Assembly (NCBI GenBank): GCA_963701295.1
Contig: OY969585.1
Coordinates: 448,001 to 512,000 of the forward strand
DNA from: Ignavibacteriota bacterium
Lineage (GTDB): Bacteria; Bacteroidota; Ignavibacteria; UBA10030
Direction: 5' to 3'
DNA: 64,000 nt
The position numbers and the translations under genes are program-made. Of the stretch, positions 1 through 14,898 are shown one piece after another; within the stretch, counting starts at the first letter, position 1; every line of letters starts with the position of its first letter. The notes under the pieces are model-generated. The model was not told where the DNA came from, ran no database searches, and saw nothing but the letters and a program-made list of their open reading frames with translations.

Positions 1-150
1 GATAATTGGCTTTCCAGCTTTAGTCTTGACGACGATTTTGAAAAAACACACAAGGGAGTTTATGAAACAGATGATTTCCAGGATTCATCTAAGCGTTTAA
101 CGATTCGAATGGAAGCAGGATTAGGCAGCGTACGGGTTTATAGAAAATAA
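1..150 (+). CDS. 3' end of a CDS running in from the left edge (LiaF/toast-rack-like cell-envelope protein C-terminus)
   Basis: Frame 1 is open from base 1 to TAA at 148-150: ...YETDDFQDSSKRLTIRMEAGLGSVRVYRK*. Confidence 0.6.
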   Translation, partial: DNWLSSFSLDDDFEKTHKGVYETDDFQDSSKRLTIRMEAGLGSVRVYRK

Positions 151-280
151 AAATCACATTCGTTCTTTTCACACACGCATCCCCATCGGAATTCTTCTCT
201 TCACTTGTTCTGATCTCCTACTGCTCGTTCGCTTGGATAAAATGTATCTTACTTTGAATAGCATGTTCAGTTCTACAGTA

Positions 281-2908
281 TCACCCAATCCCGAAGTGAA
301 AGAATTGCCCCCATGATCGAGGCTGACTTACTTCGCGCGTACGAATAAGATTGAGAAGCGCTTGCCTGTATGCATCACCGGGAGCAAGACCGTTGGCAAG
401 GTGTGTAAAAAAATATTCACTGAAGAATTTCGCTGCTTTCCGATCTGCCTGCCATGCATTAAAGAAAACATCGGAGGCTCCATTCAAATGAAGCAACAAA
501 GCATGTTCAGCGGAGAGCCCTAAACCTTGACCATACTGGTTGGATAAAATCATGACTGGAACGGCTGAAAGCTCTGTAAGCTTTTCAAACGGAGCGGTTG
601 TTGATTGCTCCACGATCAATCCATTGGAAAGAACTATACTGCCAAGCGGAAGTTCAGTGCTTCGTTGGCTAAACTCGGTAGAAATCTGCAAAATGTCCGC
701 CTTGATAGATTTTAAATTATCCCACGATGCTTCTAATCCCACCATGACATGGGCGTTTTTAAAGAAGCTGCGTATGTCCCGCAGTTCATAATCCACCGAC
801 CAATTCTTACCGGTTGGATTTCCAAACGCCACTACATCTTGAGTGCGAGTAAATGACGCCGTGCGATAGCGGAGCGACGCAAGCGATGGAACATAGTCCA
901 CACTGGTAAGCTCAATAACGTACTTGACATTGCCTTTCTCGTCCTGTCGTTCTATGGCGTGAAAAGGAAATCCGTCCATTTCATGATTAACTACAATAAT
1001 AAGATTTCGCCCTAAGAGGTCATCCACCGGACGGAGCAGAAGTTCATACAATTGTGTTGAAAGTATCGCAAAGCGCGTCATCGAAGCCACACTTGCCTCT
1101 CCGGCTTCGCCGGAATAGACAGTTGGATCTTGAAGAAGTCTTCGGTATTCCGCCATGAGTTGAAAAAGACTATCGCGGCGAATTGCAGAGGCACGGACAA
1201 CAAGCTGTGAACGCGTTAAGGCAAAGACATAGAGCGTATCATCGGTGGGTAAAAATTCTATTGCCAGTGATCCATTTGGGATGTAATTCCGCATTGTTGC
1301 CGCTTCCACTCGTCCCGGCAGCACCAACGCCTCGTAGTTTGGGTGCTCGCTGATAATTTCCCACGAACCTTTGCGAATCGATTGCTTAGTGGATTCGAGT
1401 TCAGCATGCAGCGTTTTCATCTCTTCGCTGTCGGACAAACGTTGTTTACCGGAAAATCGGGCAGTGTATTCCACTTCGAGCAATCTTGCTTTTTGAAGTT
1501 GTGTCTGAACATCCTTCGTCTGTTGTTTCACTTTTGGATAACGCAAGGATATATCCAATTTCTGAAAGGTATCAGCAAGTTGTTTCACACGAGCAAATTC
1601 GAGGGTTTTCAATGCTTCTTCCTGCCGATGCATCTTGATGAGTACTGCGCTGAGTAATTCATACCAATCCGTGTGCAAAGAATAAATTCCGAGTGCGGTT
1701 TGATATGGTTCATACAATTCACCATTGCAATATGCAGCAAGCGCATTTTGAGCAAGCATGACAGCTTTTCCATACCACTCCTGAGCCTTAAAAAGATCGC
1801 CGACACATTCAGCCTCTTTTCCAATTTGAGTGTACAAGTACCCCTCACCAGCGATGTGTCTGCACTCCTGAAATTTTTTTGCAATCTGTTCGTATGATTG
1901 TTGGAGTTTCTCCCTGCTCTGTAATCGTTGTTCCGGTGTCATCAAGCCGAAGTTACATCGAACAAGAAAAACGGAGAGATAATTCTCCGCAATGCGATCG
2001 CCTTGAGAACGTGCAAGTTCTATCGCTTCAGTATAATATCGCTTTGATTCGAGCAGTTTCCCATTCTGCTCATAGAGATGTCCTAGCCGGAATAGTAAAA
2101 CCGTTTCCAACTCTTTACCAGTACGCGCCTGGCGGAGCGTATTGATAGCATCGCGGAAATCTCGGAGCGCGGCATTCACGCTGTTTTGAGTCGAATGAAG
2201 AAGTCCGATCTCTATATGCACACGAGCCACAAGAAGAGGATCTCGTATTTGATCTGTTGACACCAAAGCTTGTGTCAACGAATTGGCCGCTTCCATGTAA
2301 CGTTGTTGAATACGATATATACTTCCGATTCCGCTCAACGCCGCAACGACATTGAGATTGTCATTGCTTGCTTGTGCTTCTGTGAGCATCTCTTTATAGA
2401 TGTGTTGTGCCTCATCCAGATCATTGTTTATTTTTAAGGTAGATGCAAGTTTCAGCTGTGCTTCGATAAAAGCTTTCTTATCGCCGAATGCTGTTGCGGA
2501 TGCGGATGCGTTTCGATACCAGGCTATTGCGTGATCGAACATTTGCATTTCCGTATAGAGATCCCCATCGAGGAGTGCAAGTCGCACTTCGCCATGTACA
2601 TCACCTTCTTTTCGCATCACTATTGCAGCTTCTTCCGAGACAGCAAGCGCCGCTCGGAATTCCCCAAGCTCTAGTTCGGTCTGAACCAGAAATGTAAGCG
2701 CTTCAGTCAATTGATTGGTCTTTTTGAGTTCTTTAAACGAGCCAATGGCTTGCTCGAGGAGCGGCTTTGCTTGTTTGAACGATCGCTCCTGAATGAGCAC
2801 GACTGCTTTTTCGTACATCTCGGTCGGATCTGTCAGCGGGTGTTCGCCGATATCACACGATAGTAAAAGAAAAACACCAAAGATAAGAAGAAGTAATGTG
2901 CGCTTCAC
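281..2908 (-). CDS. TPR-repeat plus CHAT-domain lipoprotein, catalytic motifs degenerate
   Basis: Probable GTG start at 2908 gives signal/lipobox MKRTLLLLIFGVFLLLSC; many TPR helices; CHAT features LYELLLRPV, FPFHAI, YVPSLASL, FGNP and WGQFFHFG. Confidence 0.8.
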   Translation of the reverse strand: MKRTLLLLIFGVFLLLSCDIGEHPLTDPTEMYEKAVVLIQERSFKQAKPLLEQAIGSFKELKKTNQLTEALTFLVQTELELGEFRAALAVSEEAAIVMRKEGDVHGEVRLALLDGDLYTEMQMFDHAIAWYRNASASATAFGDKKAFIEAQLKLASTLKINNDLDEAQHIYKEMLTEAQASNDNLNVVAALSGIGSIYRIQQRYMEAANSLTQALVSTDQIRDPLLVARVHIEIGLLHSTQNSVNAALRDFRDAINTLRQARTGKELETVLLFRLGHLYEQNGKLLESKRYYTEAIELARSQGDRIAENYLSVFLVRCNFGLMTPEQRLQSREKLQQSYEQIAKKFQECRHIAGEGYLYTQIGKEAECVGDLFKAQEWYGKAVMLAQNALAAYCNGELYEPYQTALGIYSLHTDWYELLSAVLIKMHRQEEALKTLEFARVKQLADTFQKLDISLRYPKVKQQTKDVQTQLQKARLLEVEYTARFSGKQRLSDSEEMKTLHAELESTKQSIRKGSWEIISEHPNYEALVLPGRVEAATMRNYIPNGSLAIEFLPTDDTLYVFALTRSQLVVRASAIRRDSLFQLMAEYRRLLQDPTVYSGEAGEASVASMTRFAILSTQLYELLLRPVDDLLGRNLIIVVNHEMDGFPFHAIERQDEKGNVKYVIELTSVDYVPSLASLRYRTASFTRTQDVVAFGNPTGKNWSVDYELRDIRSFFKNAHVMVGLEASWDNLKSIKADILQISTEFSQRSTELPLGSIVLSNGLIVEQSTTAPFEKLTELSAVPVMILSNQYGQGLGLSAEHALLLHLNGASDVFFNAWQADRKAAKFFSEYFFTHLANGLAPGDAYRQALLNLIRTREVSQPRSWGQFFHFGIG

Positions 2909-3013
2909 AAAGGTTTCGATTTCCGTTTGATGATGGACTGTAATTGCCGAACCAACTCGGACGCGATGAGAATATAACAAACTCCTGCTTACTCTTCAAC
3001 AAAAAGATTCAGC

Positions 3014-3799
3014 TTATGCACTGCAACTCTTTACCACGTCAAGAATATCATCTGCATTGTTGGACAAAATGCCGTCTACACCGTATGTTAACATCCGCTG
3101 GGCATCATGGATTGAATTGAGTGTATAGACATAAACCGCTATGCCATGGCTGTGTGCATCATCGACCATCCGGTTCGTGAGTTCGCGTTTGGCACAGACA
3201 AAGACCGATGCTCCAACACGTTCAGCGAGCGTTGACGGCAATCGGCTAAAATCATATGAAAAATTATAGAGTATACCCGTCACCGATGACGGTTTCATTT
3301 TCTTGATAGTTGCCAAAAGTCGGTGGTCAAACGAAGAGAACATTACGCGATCATCCATACCGCATCGGTGAACTGTATCGAGCACTTTCTCTTCTAACAA
3401 TCCCGGCGGCTCACGATGCAACCAATCTGATTTGATTTCCACATCCACCCAGAGCCGGTCGCCAACCTGCTGGAATACTTCGCAAAGCGTCGGAATACAT
3501 TGATGCGAAAATATCGGATGGAACCATGAACCTGCATCGAACCGGCGAATTTCTTCCATCGAGTAATTGCGCGCGGGACCATTACCCGTTGAAGTGCGTT
3601 GAAGTGTACGATCATGGAGAACGATAACTTCTTCATCTTTTGATAATCGGACATCGAGTTCAATCATGTCAATACCAGAAACGCTTGCAGCGCGTTCAAA
3701 AGATGCAAGCGTATTTTCCGGCGCCTTTGCTGAAACACCACGGTGTGCAATCACATATGGCGGTTTATTGTGCAAAGGTTTCGGCTGGTACGGCCTCAT
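3014..3799 (-). CDS. glycerophosphodiester phosphodiesterase (GDPD family)
   Basis: IAHRG, PENTL, ELDVRLSKD, VLHDRTL and VEIK motifs. Confidence 0.92.
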   Translation of the reverse strand: MRPYQPKPLHNKPPYVIAHRGVSAKAPENTLASFERAASVSGIDMIELDVRLSKDEEVIVLHDRTLQRTSTGNGPARNYSMEEIRRFDAGSWFHPIFSHQCIPTLCEVFQQVGDRLWVDVEIKSDWLHREPPGLLEEKVLDTVHRCGMDDRVMFSSFDHRLLATIKKMKPSSVTGILYNFSYDFSRLPSTLAERVGASVFVCAKRELTNRMVDDAHSHGIAVYVYTLNSIHDAQRMLTYGVDGILSNNADDILDVVKSCSA

Positions 3800-4449
3800 T
3801 TGATTCTGTCTTTATAGAGAGCATCGAGTACCAACTTATGCACGTAACCGATTTCATCCATTCCATTGATGGGAATGAGTCGATTGGTTTTACGATAATA
3901 CTCGATGAGAGGCTTCGTCTGTTGTTGATAGACTTCAAGACGACGACGGACAGGCTCCGGTTTATCATCATCGCGTTGGTACACTTCACCACCACATTGG
4001 GGGCACACTTTAAGATCGGCACCGATGCGAGCAATAGTATAGATGCGTCCACAACCCCGGCATAATCGTCGCTGATTAAGACGATCAATAATTTCTTCAT
4101 TATCGACTTCAAGGCTAATGACACTGTCGAGCCGGATACCAAGTTTTTCAAATAAGACATCAAGCGCACTTGCTTGCGGAAGCGTTCGCGGGAAACCATC
4201 CAAAATAAAATTTTCTCTCGCCTCGTCGGACCTGAGGACTTCTTCAATCAAACCAACAACTACATCATCAGGAACTAGATTGCCTGCATCCATAAAAGAT
4301 TTGGCTTTCAATCCAAGGATTGTCTTATTTTTCACGGCCTCGCGCAGCAAATCGCCGGTTGAGATATGCGTCGAATGGAATTCTTCAACAAGTAATTTGG
4401 CTTGAGTCCCTTTACCCACGCCTGGAGGTCCAAAAAGGATAATTTTCAT
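3796..4449 (-). CDS. adk: adenylate kinase with zinc-lid
   Basis: GPPGVGKGTQA P-loop, HISTGDLLR, ILDGFPRT, CxxC...CxxC lid. Confidence 0.97.
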   Translation of the reverse strand: MKIILFGPPGVGKGTQAKLLVEEFHSTHISTGDLLREAVKNKTILGLKAKSFMDAGNLVPDDVVVGLIEEVLRSDEARENFILDGFPRTLPQASALDVLFEKLGIRLDSVISLEVDNEEIIDRLNQRRLCRGCGRIYTIARIGADLKVCPQCGGEVYQRDDDKPEPVRRRLEVYQQQTKPLIEYYRKTNRLIPINGMDEIGYVHKLVLDALYKDRIK

Positions 4450-4741
4450 GCGTTCGTTATTCTTTATAAGTTGATAATAGTTGAATTAAAAGCGATGCCA
4501 ATGTACGGGAATAATAGTTTTAGACAAAATACAAGCTTCATCACAGTTTCGATACATAAAAGAGCAATCCATTCCCTCTGTAGAAAATGAGCTGATGATA
4601 GCACAGCAACCTATGAGTCTACCCATAAAAAGTCTTCTATTGAAGATATTAAAAAATCACATTTCCAATATCCCGCAGAACCAGAAAATGAATTTCACTA
4701 AAACAGAAAGTTGAATGATCCGTATGCCGTCTTGTGCAGTA

Positions 4742-5386
4742 TTATGATACAACACCAAATGTAAGCACAAACGTCGTCACATCTGATTGGCGCTCGATGC
4801 TGGGTGTGAGGATGAGCAAAGGCCCGCCCCTAATTCGTGATCCGATTGCAACACCACCGTGGAGTATGAACTCCCAACCGGAACTTGCCATCAATATGTC
4901 TGCACCAATCATTGGTTGGAAGAAAAGCGCTTTCCAGTATCCTGTTCTGTGATAGGCACTTACACCTAATTTTACAGCATCAACTGTTAAATCTGTTTTT
5001 ATTGTATCCATCCGGTGCTGCATGTTCGGTTCAGGAACATCCACCAACGATGTTGATTTCGATTTGTAGTGGCTGTAGCCAAGTGAAATTCCGAGAGTTG
5101 GTGCTTTCTTTGCATCCTCCTGCTTGATAGGATAGAAAGTGATACCGGGCGAAATGATTCCGTCTTGAACTTTTCCCCCGTTCGCCTTCCAATAGGCAAT
5201 ATTCGCATCTAAAAAACCTTTGTATGAGAATCCGGCATAAAGAGTTTTCTCGTTCATCTCACTATTGACGCTGAAACCTGCGCCACCTTCAATACCACTC
5301 TTGCCGCGTTTGATAAATTCACCTTGGGAAAAGGAACAGTGAACCAAACTTATTATCAGAAAGAAAAACATGGAGAGTCGTTTCAT
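4742..5386 (-). CDS. hypothetical exported protein, possibly outer-membrane beta-barrel
   Basis: Signal peptide, alternating beta-strand pattern, 3 bp downstream of rlmN. Confidence 0.6.
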   Translation of the reverse strand: MKRLSMFFFLIISLVHCSFSQGEFIKRGKSGIEGGAGFSVNSEMNEKTLYAGFSYKGFLDANIAYWKANGGKVQDGIISPGITFYPIKQEDAKKAPTLGISLGYSHYKSKSTSLVDVPEPNMQHRMDTIKTDLTVDAVKLGVSAYHRTGYWKALFFQPMIGADILMASSGWEFILHGGVAIGSRIRGGPLLILTPSIERQSDVTTFVLTFGVVS

Positions 5387-5389
5387 CTT

Positions 5390-6493
5390 TTATATGCCCT
5401 CTGTGTTTCTTGGTTTAGCTTTCGATTCGATAACAGCAAGCTGACCGCATGCAGCCTGAATATCCTGACCGGAACTGCTGCGAACCATGACAGTAATATC
5501 GGCTTCGCGCAGTGCGTCAGCAAATACTTCAATACGCGGAGCTGGTGTAGGCTTAAGCGACGCTCCGATGCCAGACAGATGCATAAACGAAATGGAATGG
5601 AACGGAATGAGATTCACTTTGCATGGAATTCGTCTGCTTAATTTGACGAACGCCTTTATATCTGCCGCCGTGTCGTTGAAACCATCGAACAAGATATACT
5701 CAAATGTCGGACGGCTGCGCTTTTTATGATAGTAATAATCCAACGCGTCAATAAGTGTGTCTACAGGAAATTTTTTTGTGATGGGCATGAGCTTTGTGCG
5801 TTTGTCGTTGTCCAGAGAATGAAGCGAGAGTGCAAGCTTCACCGGACGTTCTTCATTGGCAAGCTGGCGGATCCTGTCGGCATAACCGGCTGTAGAAACA
5901 GTGATATGCCGCGCACCGATGTTTAATCCCCGACCATCATTGATAATGTCTATGGATTTCATTACGTTTTCGTAGTTGAGGAGCGGTTCGCCCATTCCCA
6001 TATAAACGAGATTAGTAATACGCTTCGCACTATTTCGTTGTACCTGAATCACTTGATCGATGATTTCCCCAGCAGTTAAATTACGTAAGAAGCCCATCGC
6101 TCCTGTCGCGCAGAACTTACAATCAAGCGGACAACCTACTTGCGTAGAAACACAGAGAGTCAAACGCTTATCTTCTCCAAATATTTTTCTTGTCGAAGGA
6201 ATCAGTACGCTTTCGATTGCTAAACCATCCTCCAAACTGAAGAGGAATTTTGTTGTACCGTCCGTAGACACACTTTGGGCAACTGGTTGGAGATTGGAAA
6301 TTGCAGCGCCATAAGAGAGAGCAGCACGAAACTCTTTGGAAATATCTGTCATCTCATCAAAACTCTCTGCAGCTTTGGCGTAGAGCCAGCTATAAAGTTG
6401 TGCGGCACGAAATTTTTTTTCACCCAGATCCCCGACAAACGCTTGTAGCTCTATTAGGTCGAGCCCTTTCAGATTTTTTTTTTGTCTCTCCAT
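5390..6493 (-). CDS. rlmN: 23S rRNA (A2503) methyltransferase RlmN
   Basis: CVSTQVGCPLDCKFC radical-SAM motif, MGMGEPL, AACGQL. Confidence 0.97.
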   Translation of the reverse strand: MERQKKNLKGLDLIELQAFVGDLGEKKFRAAQLYSWLYAKAAESFDEMTDISKEFRAALSYGAAISNLQPVAQSVSTDGTTKFLFSLEDGLAIESVLIPSTRKIFGEDKRLTLCVSTQVGCPLDCKFCATGAMGFLRNLTAGEIIDQVIQVQRNSAKRITNLVYMGMGEPLLNYENVMKSIDIINDGRGLNIGARHITVSTAGYADRIRQLANEERPVKLALSLHSLDNDKRTKLMPITKKFPVDTLIDALDYYYHKKRSRPTFEYILFDGFNDTAADIKAFVKLSRRIPCKVNLIPFHSISFMHLSGIGASLKPTPAPRIEVFADALREADITVMVRSSSGQDIQAACGQLAVIESKAKPRNTEGI

Positions 6494-6913
6494 TGTTTAC
6501 AATGTAAGGAAAGATGTTGGCGAGAGCAAGGTCGTGTGATTTCAACACCCATAGGAATTGTGCCGCCTGAATGCCCTCATCTCTGAGAAAGCCTGACGAG
6601 GGGTTTTCCATTTATGTAAGGGAAGGTGAATAACACTCAGGCGAGAGAAAGACGACATTTGACAATCGATCCTTTGAAGTGAGCGATGACAATATAAAGA
6701 ACAGCGATTTGTGTTCTATTCGTGAGTTCGACAATTCTTCGGCCTGGAGCCGACATTATCGGGAGAAGGCGATAATCATCAATACGAAATCTTGTCCCAA
6801 CTAGAAATCCTGACAAAAACCGGTTTTCCGAATCAAAAAAGAAACTAGGATACTCACCTTGTTCCAGTGTGTATTTTGAGTTAGATTAAATCACTCTGGA
6901 ACGAGAATATCTC

Positions 6914-8455
6914 ATGGTTGGCATGAAATCGATTGTCGTACAAAATCAAATTCCTACTCTATTCATCGTGTGTCTTATTTTCATTTCGCTTCCGTTCCTT
7001 TTTGTACGATTTATTCCATCAACCGATTTACCGCAGCATCTTGCACAAATTCGACTTCTCCAGGATGTATTGAAGAATCCGACCCAGCGTGAATACGTAG
7101 TGGGATGGGCGGGTGCGAACACGCTGGTGTACTATCTCCTGGATATGAACTGGATGATATTTCCACCGATCCTTGCTGGAAAAATGATGGTCCTTGAGAT
7201 TGTCATGGCATGGATCGTCGGAATCTTTGCATTGGCACGACGAAAAAATTGTTCACCATTTTCTGCTGCACTTGCCTGCATTTTGGTATTTAATGCAAGT
7301 CTCACTTGGGGGTTCCTTAATTTCCTCATCGGACTTCCTATCTTTATTCTCTGGTTTCTTTTAATTATGGACAGAAAGAAGACGCGGCCAATTGTCACAA
7401 AGATTGTGCTCATAATATCGATCAGCTTTTTGCTATTCTTCGCCCATGCGCTGTGGCTACTGCTCGCTGTTGTGCATTTTTTTGTGGCAACACTATGCCG
7501 GCGCCCCACTCTGAAAGAAATTGGAATTCGCTGCGCAGCTTTAGCTCCCGTCGGCTTTTATAGCGCATTCTGGTTCCCTCGGCTTTCGGCGATACGAGCT
7601 ACCATCGGATTTGACACTGCGGCGCATTGGATCGTCTCACCTCTGGAAAGGATGCATCCTCGCTGGTTATTGGAATCGTTGCTCGGGGGAATACACGGGC
7701 CGACCGAGGCATTGGTTCTGGGAGGAATTGCGGTGTGGATTGGCATGAGTCTCATAACCAATTGGGGAAAACTTCGAACGCTCGTAGAAAAGGAATTTCT
7801 CTTCGTGGGAATACTTCTCACTCTTGTTGTCTTTTGTGCACCGGACAAATATATGAATACAATTTATTTCGCGTCACGGTGGGCTCCGGCTGCGATGATT
7901 TTCTTTCTGCTTGCACTTCCCCTTCCGCAGATGCAGAAATCTGTCCTCGCCTTCTACACAATTTTTCTTCTTGCAATCCTCTCATTGACTACTTGTTGGT
8001 ACTGGTGGCGGTTTGAGAAAACGGAAAACTCTGGATTGAGTGAAAGCTTGATGAGAATTCATGACAACTCCAGAGTGTTGGGACTGGATTTCGTGCAAGA
8101 GAGCGAATTCATCTGCGGTCGTCCCTTCCTGCAGACATTCGCCTATGCACAGGTTCTTCATGGCGGGAAACTGAATTTTTCATTTGCCGAGCATTATAGC
8201 GAACTCGTATCATTTGCGCAGATCAAAAGAGTGCGAATATGGACACCCGGATTAGAGTGGTACCCTCAACGTGTAAGCCCTAGCGATATTAATTGCTTTG
8301 ATTATGCGCTCATCAACGGCCTTGATAATGCGCACAATTTCTTTGCTTCATACTCCATGCTCATGCCCCTTACGACGACTGGTCGGTGGAGGCTGTACCA
8401 GTGTGTGAGAGACACACTCGCCCTACAGCATGGCAGTCAAACGATTGCACGTTGA
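6914..8455 (+). CDS. polytopic membrane protein, GT-C-fold glycosyltransferase-like
   Basis: PSTDLPQH loop after the first TM segment, WGFLNFLIG, about 11 TM segments, periplasmic C-terminus. Confidence 0.6.
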   Translation: MVGMKSIVVQNQIPTLFIVCLIFISLPFLFVRFIPSTDLPQHLAQIRLLQDVLKNPTQREYVVGWAGANTLVYYLLDMNWMIFPPILAGKMMVLEIVMAWIVGIFALARRKNCSPFSAALACILVFNASLTWGFLNFLIGLPIFILWFLLIMDRKKTRPIVTKIVLIISISFLLFFAHALWLLLAVVHFFVATLCRRPTLKEIGIRCAALAPVGFYSAFWFPRLSAIRATIGFDTAAHWIVSPLERMHPRWLLESLLGGIHGPTEALVLGGIAVWIGMSLITNWGKLRTLVEKEFLFVGILLTLVVFCAPDKYMNTIYFASRWAPAAMIFFLLALPLPQMQKSVLAFYTIFLLAILSLTTCWYWWRFEKTENSGLSESLMRIHDNSRVLGLDFVQESEFICGRPFLQTFAYAQVLHGGKLNFSFAEHYSELVSFAQIKRVRIWTPGLEWYPQRVSPSDINCFDYALINGLDNAHNFFASYSMLMPLTTTGRWRLYQCVRDTLALQHGSQTIAR

Positions 8456-8504
8456 GACGAGGAGAGAGTCACTAAAGTGTGCTGCGACACGCCTGCAGCT
8501 ATAC

Positions 8505-8575
8505 AAAGAAAACCCCAAGCAACTTTCGTCACTTGGGGTTTTAATTTAAATCTGGCATCGACCCACTCTCCCATG
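8505..8575 (-). repeat. displaced copy of the 5S rRNA 3' end plus rrn terminator
   Basis: 71-bp direct repeat of 9271-9341 with 3 mismatches. Confidence 0.92.
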
Positions 8576-8678
8576 TGGAGAGTTATGTGCGACATCCCGG
8601 GGTTGTTTGGCGAAACAGCTATCATCATCAATTGATTAACTGAATAATTCTTTATGATTGTATAAACATAGTTCTAAA

Positions 8679-9123
8679 CTATTCCTCAATATTTTTCAAT
8701 CTGTAATTTTCGACATGGAATGGTCTTTTTTCATTTTGTTTCTCAACGAGAAAATGATATCCGCGACCAGGAAAAATATTAGCTTTATAGGAATGATAGT
8801 CTTGCTTTGGAATATAAACTGGACAACCAGTATTAAGATATTCACAAAGACTTCGATATGGAATAAAATAGCATCGTTGCAATTCTCCATTACCAATAAG
8901 TAAGAGCGCGTCGGTATATTTATGTATTGTTTGAACATCACAAGGAGTAAAACCAAAAAAGTATCTATCTCCATTCGAAAGATTTGCATATTTAGTCAAC
9001 ACACGCCTGTCATTTCCAATTTTAACAGCCTTGATGAATCCTCTTTCATGCTCAATTGCTTTTATGGGTATTTTATTATCTAACAAACGTCTGAATAAAA
9101 TTCAGACTCAAATCCGGTCCCAT
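8679..9123 (-). pseudogene. AT-rich hypothetical gene, probably frameshifted near its 5' end
   Basis: GGAG-N7-ATG at 9123 opens a 15-codon frame; the 135-aa ORF 8679-9086 is in the neighbouring frame; lies between the 5S repeats. Confidence 0.5.
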
Positions 9124-9272
9124 GATTTATCTCCAAATTAGTCATATTCATCAGTTTCACATTTCAGTGGATGTATTTCATATATTAGTACACATATTCA
9201 TTGTACAATTTACAAGGGTTTGATAATGAATGAAGTACGATAATCGAAGTACTTGTGGAAAGGCTCACAAAA

Positions 9273-9308
9273 AGAAAACCCCGAGCAACTTTCGTTACTT
9301 GGGGTTTT
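9273..9308 (-). terminator. rRNA operon intrinsic terminator
   Basis: AAAACCCCGAG...CTTGGGGTTTT hairpin just downstream of 5S, followed by a T-tract on the minus strand. Confidence 0.8.
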
Positions 9309-9316
9309 AATTTAAA

Positions 9317-9432
<116 letters not shown>

Positions 9433-9534
9433 AAAACACAATTGAGAAGTAATGCATAAAGCTAAACTCTGTTTCGAATTTCTAATGATGACCTCCATCT
9501 TCGAGATAATCATATCGATGGATCAACAAAAATT

Positions 9535-12552
<3,018 letters not shown>

Positions 12553-12802
12553 AAAAATCTTTGTTGATACACAGACAGATCATCTCAATTACGAGATGAA
12601 GGTGCATCATTAGAATTTCGGACAGAAAAACTTGAAAATTATATTAGGTTATGCATTTGGAATAATCGTTCGCGTCGTTTGCTCGTCAAGCAATTTTCAT
12701 TACTTGACAGCTACTAGTCGTTACTAAAATTATTCACACTTCCCAATTGTCAAAGAACAATCTAAACTTGAATTTCGAAATTTCAATTTCGAAATTCTTT
12801 TG

Positions 12803-12876
12803 TGGAGCTGGTCGGGATCGAACCGGCGACCTCCTGGTTGCAAACCAGGCGCTCTCCCAAGCTGAGCTACAGCCCC
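12803..12876 (-). tRNA. tRNA-Ala(TGC), CCA not encoded
   Basis: GGGGCTGTAGCTCAGCTTGGGAGAGCGCCTGGTTTGCAACCAGGAGGTCGCCGGTTCGATCCCGACCAGCTCCA. Confidence 0.96.
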
Positions 12877-12906
12877 GTAGCTGGCGTCCAGACACATACC
12901 ACAGTG

Positions 12907-12980
<74 letters not shown>

Positions 12981-13095
12981 AGCGTGTTAAACTAACACAG
13001 GACGATAAAGAAAATAAAAAGTGTGCACGTCTTTTGCCAACATAGTTGGGCAGAATTGTAATGAGATGTTCGTTCCGATTGCTCGGACGAGATCT

Positions 13096-14640
<1,545 letters not shown>

Positions 14641-14735
14641 GAATTTTTATATTCTCAATTTCAAGTCTGATGACCTAATCTCTGAGTCGTTAGACTTTTC
14701 GAATAGGGTTGAAACCCAGCTAAATTGACATTTGT

Positions 14736-14758
14736 CGTGCACACTTTTTCAAAGAACA
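14736..14758 (-). promoter_or_regulatory. rrn leader boxA and 16S processing-stem arm
   Basis: TGTTCTTTGAAA boxA-like sequence (second copy in the spacer at ~12748-12759); 14736-14749 CGTGCACACTTTTT is perfectly complementary to 13016-13029. Confidence 0.75.
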
Positions 14759-14841
14759 TCCTTACGATAAAAATGCCCATCTTCAATGGGCATTCAAAAT
14801 TTTTCTCTAAGGAACCTTCCGCCTTTATCGTGCGGGTTGTT

Positions 14842-14870
14842 AATATAGTATTTCATTTCTTAAATGTCAA
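14842..14870 (-). promoter_or_regulatory. sigma70-type rRNA promoter
   Basis: TTGACA-17 bp-TATATT on the minus strand upstream of 16S. Confidence 0.8.
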
Positions 14871-14898
14871 CACCTATTTCTCAGGAAATGAAAATAGT

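Noticed and set aside
6486-6650. Weak repeat (CCAT...ATGTAAGG.AAG.TG...GGCGAGAG) upstream of rlmN
   Set aside because: Too short and gapped to distinguish from chance by eye, though it could be another junction scar.
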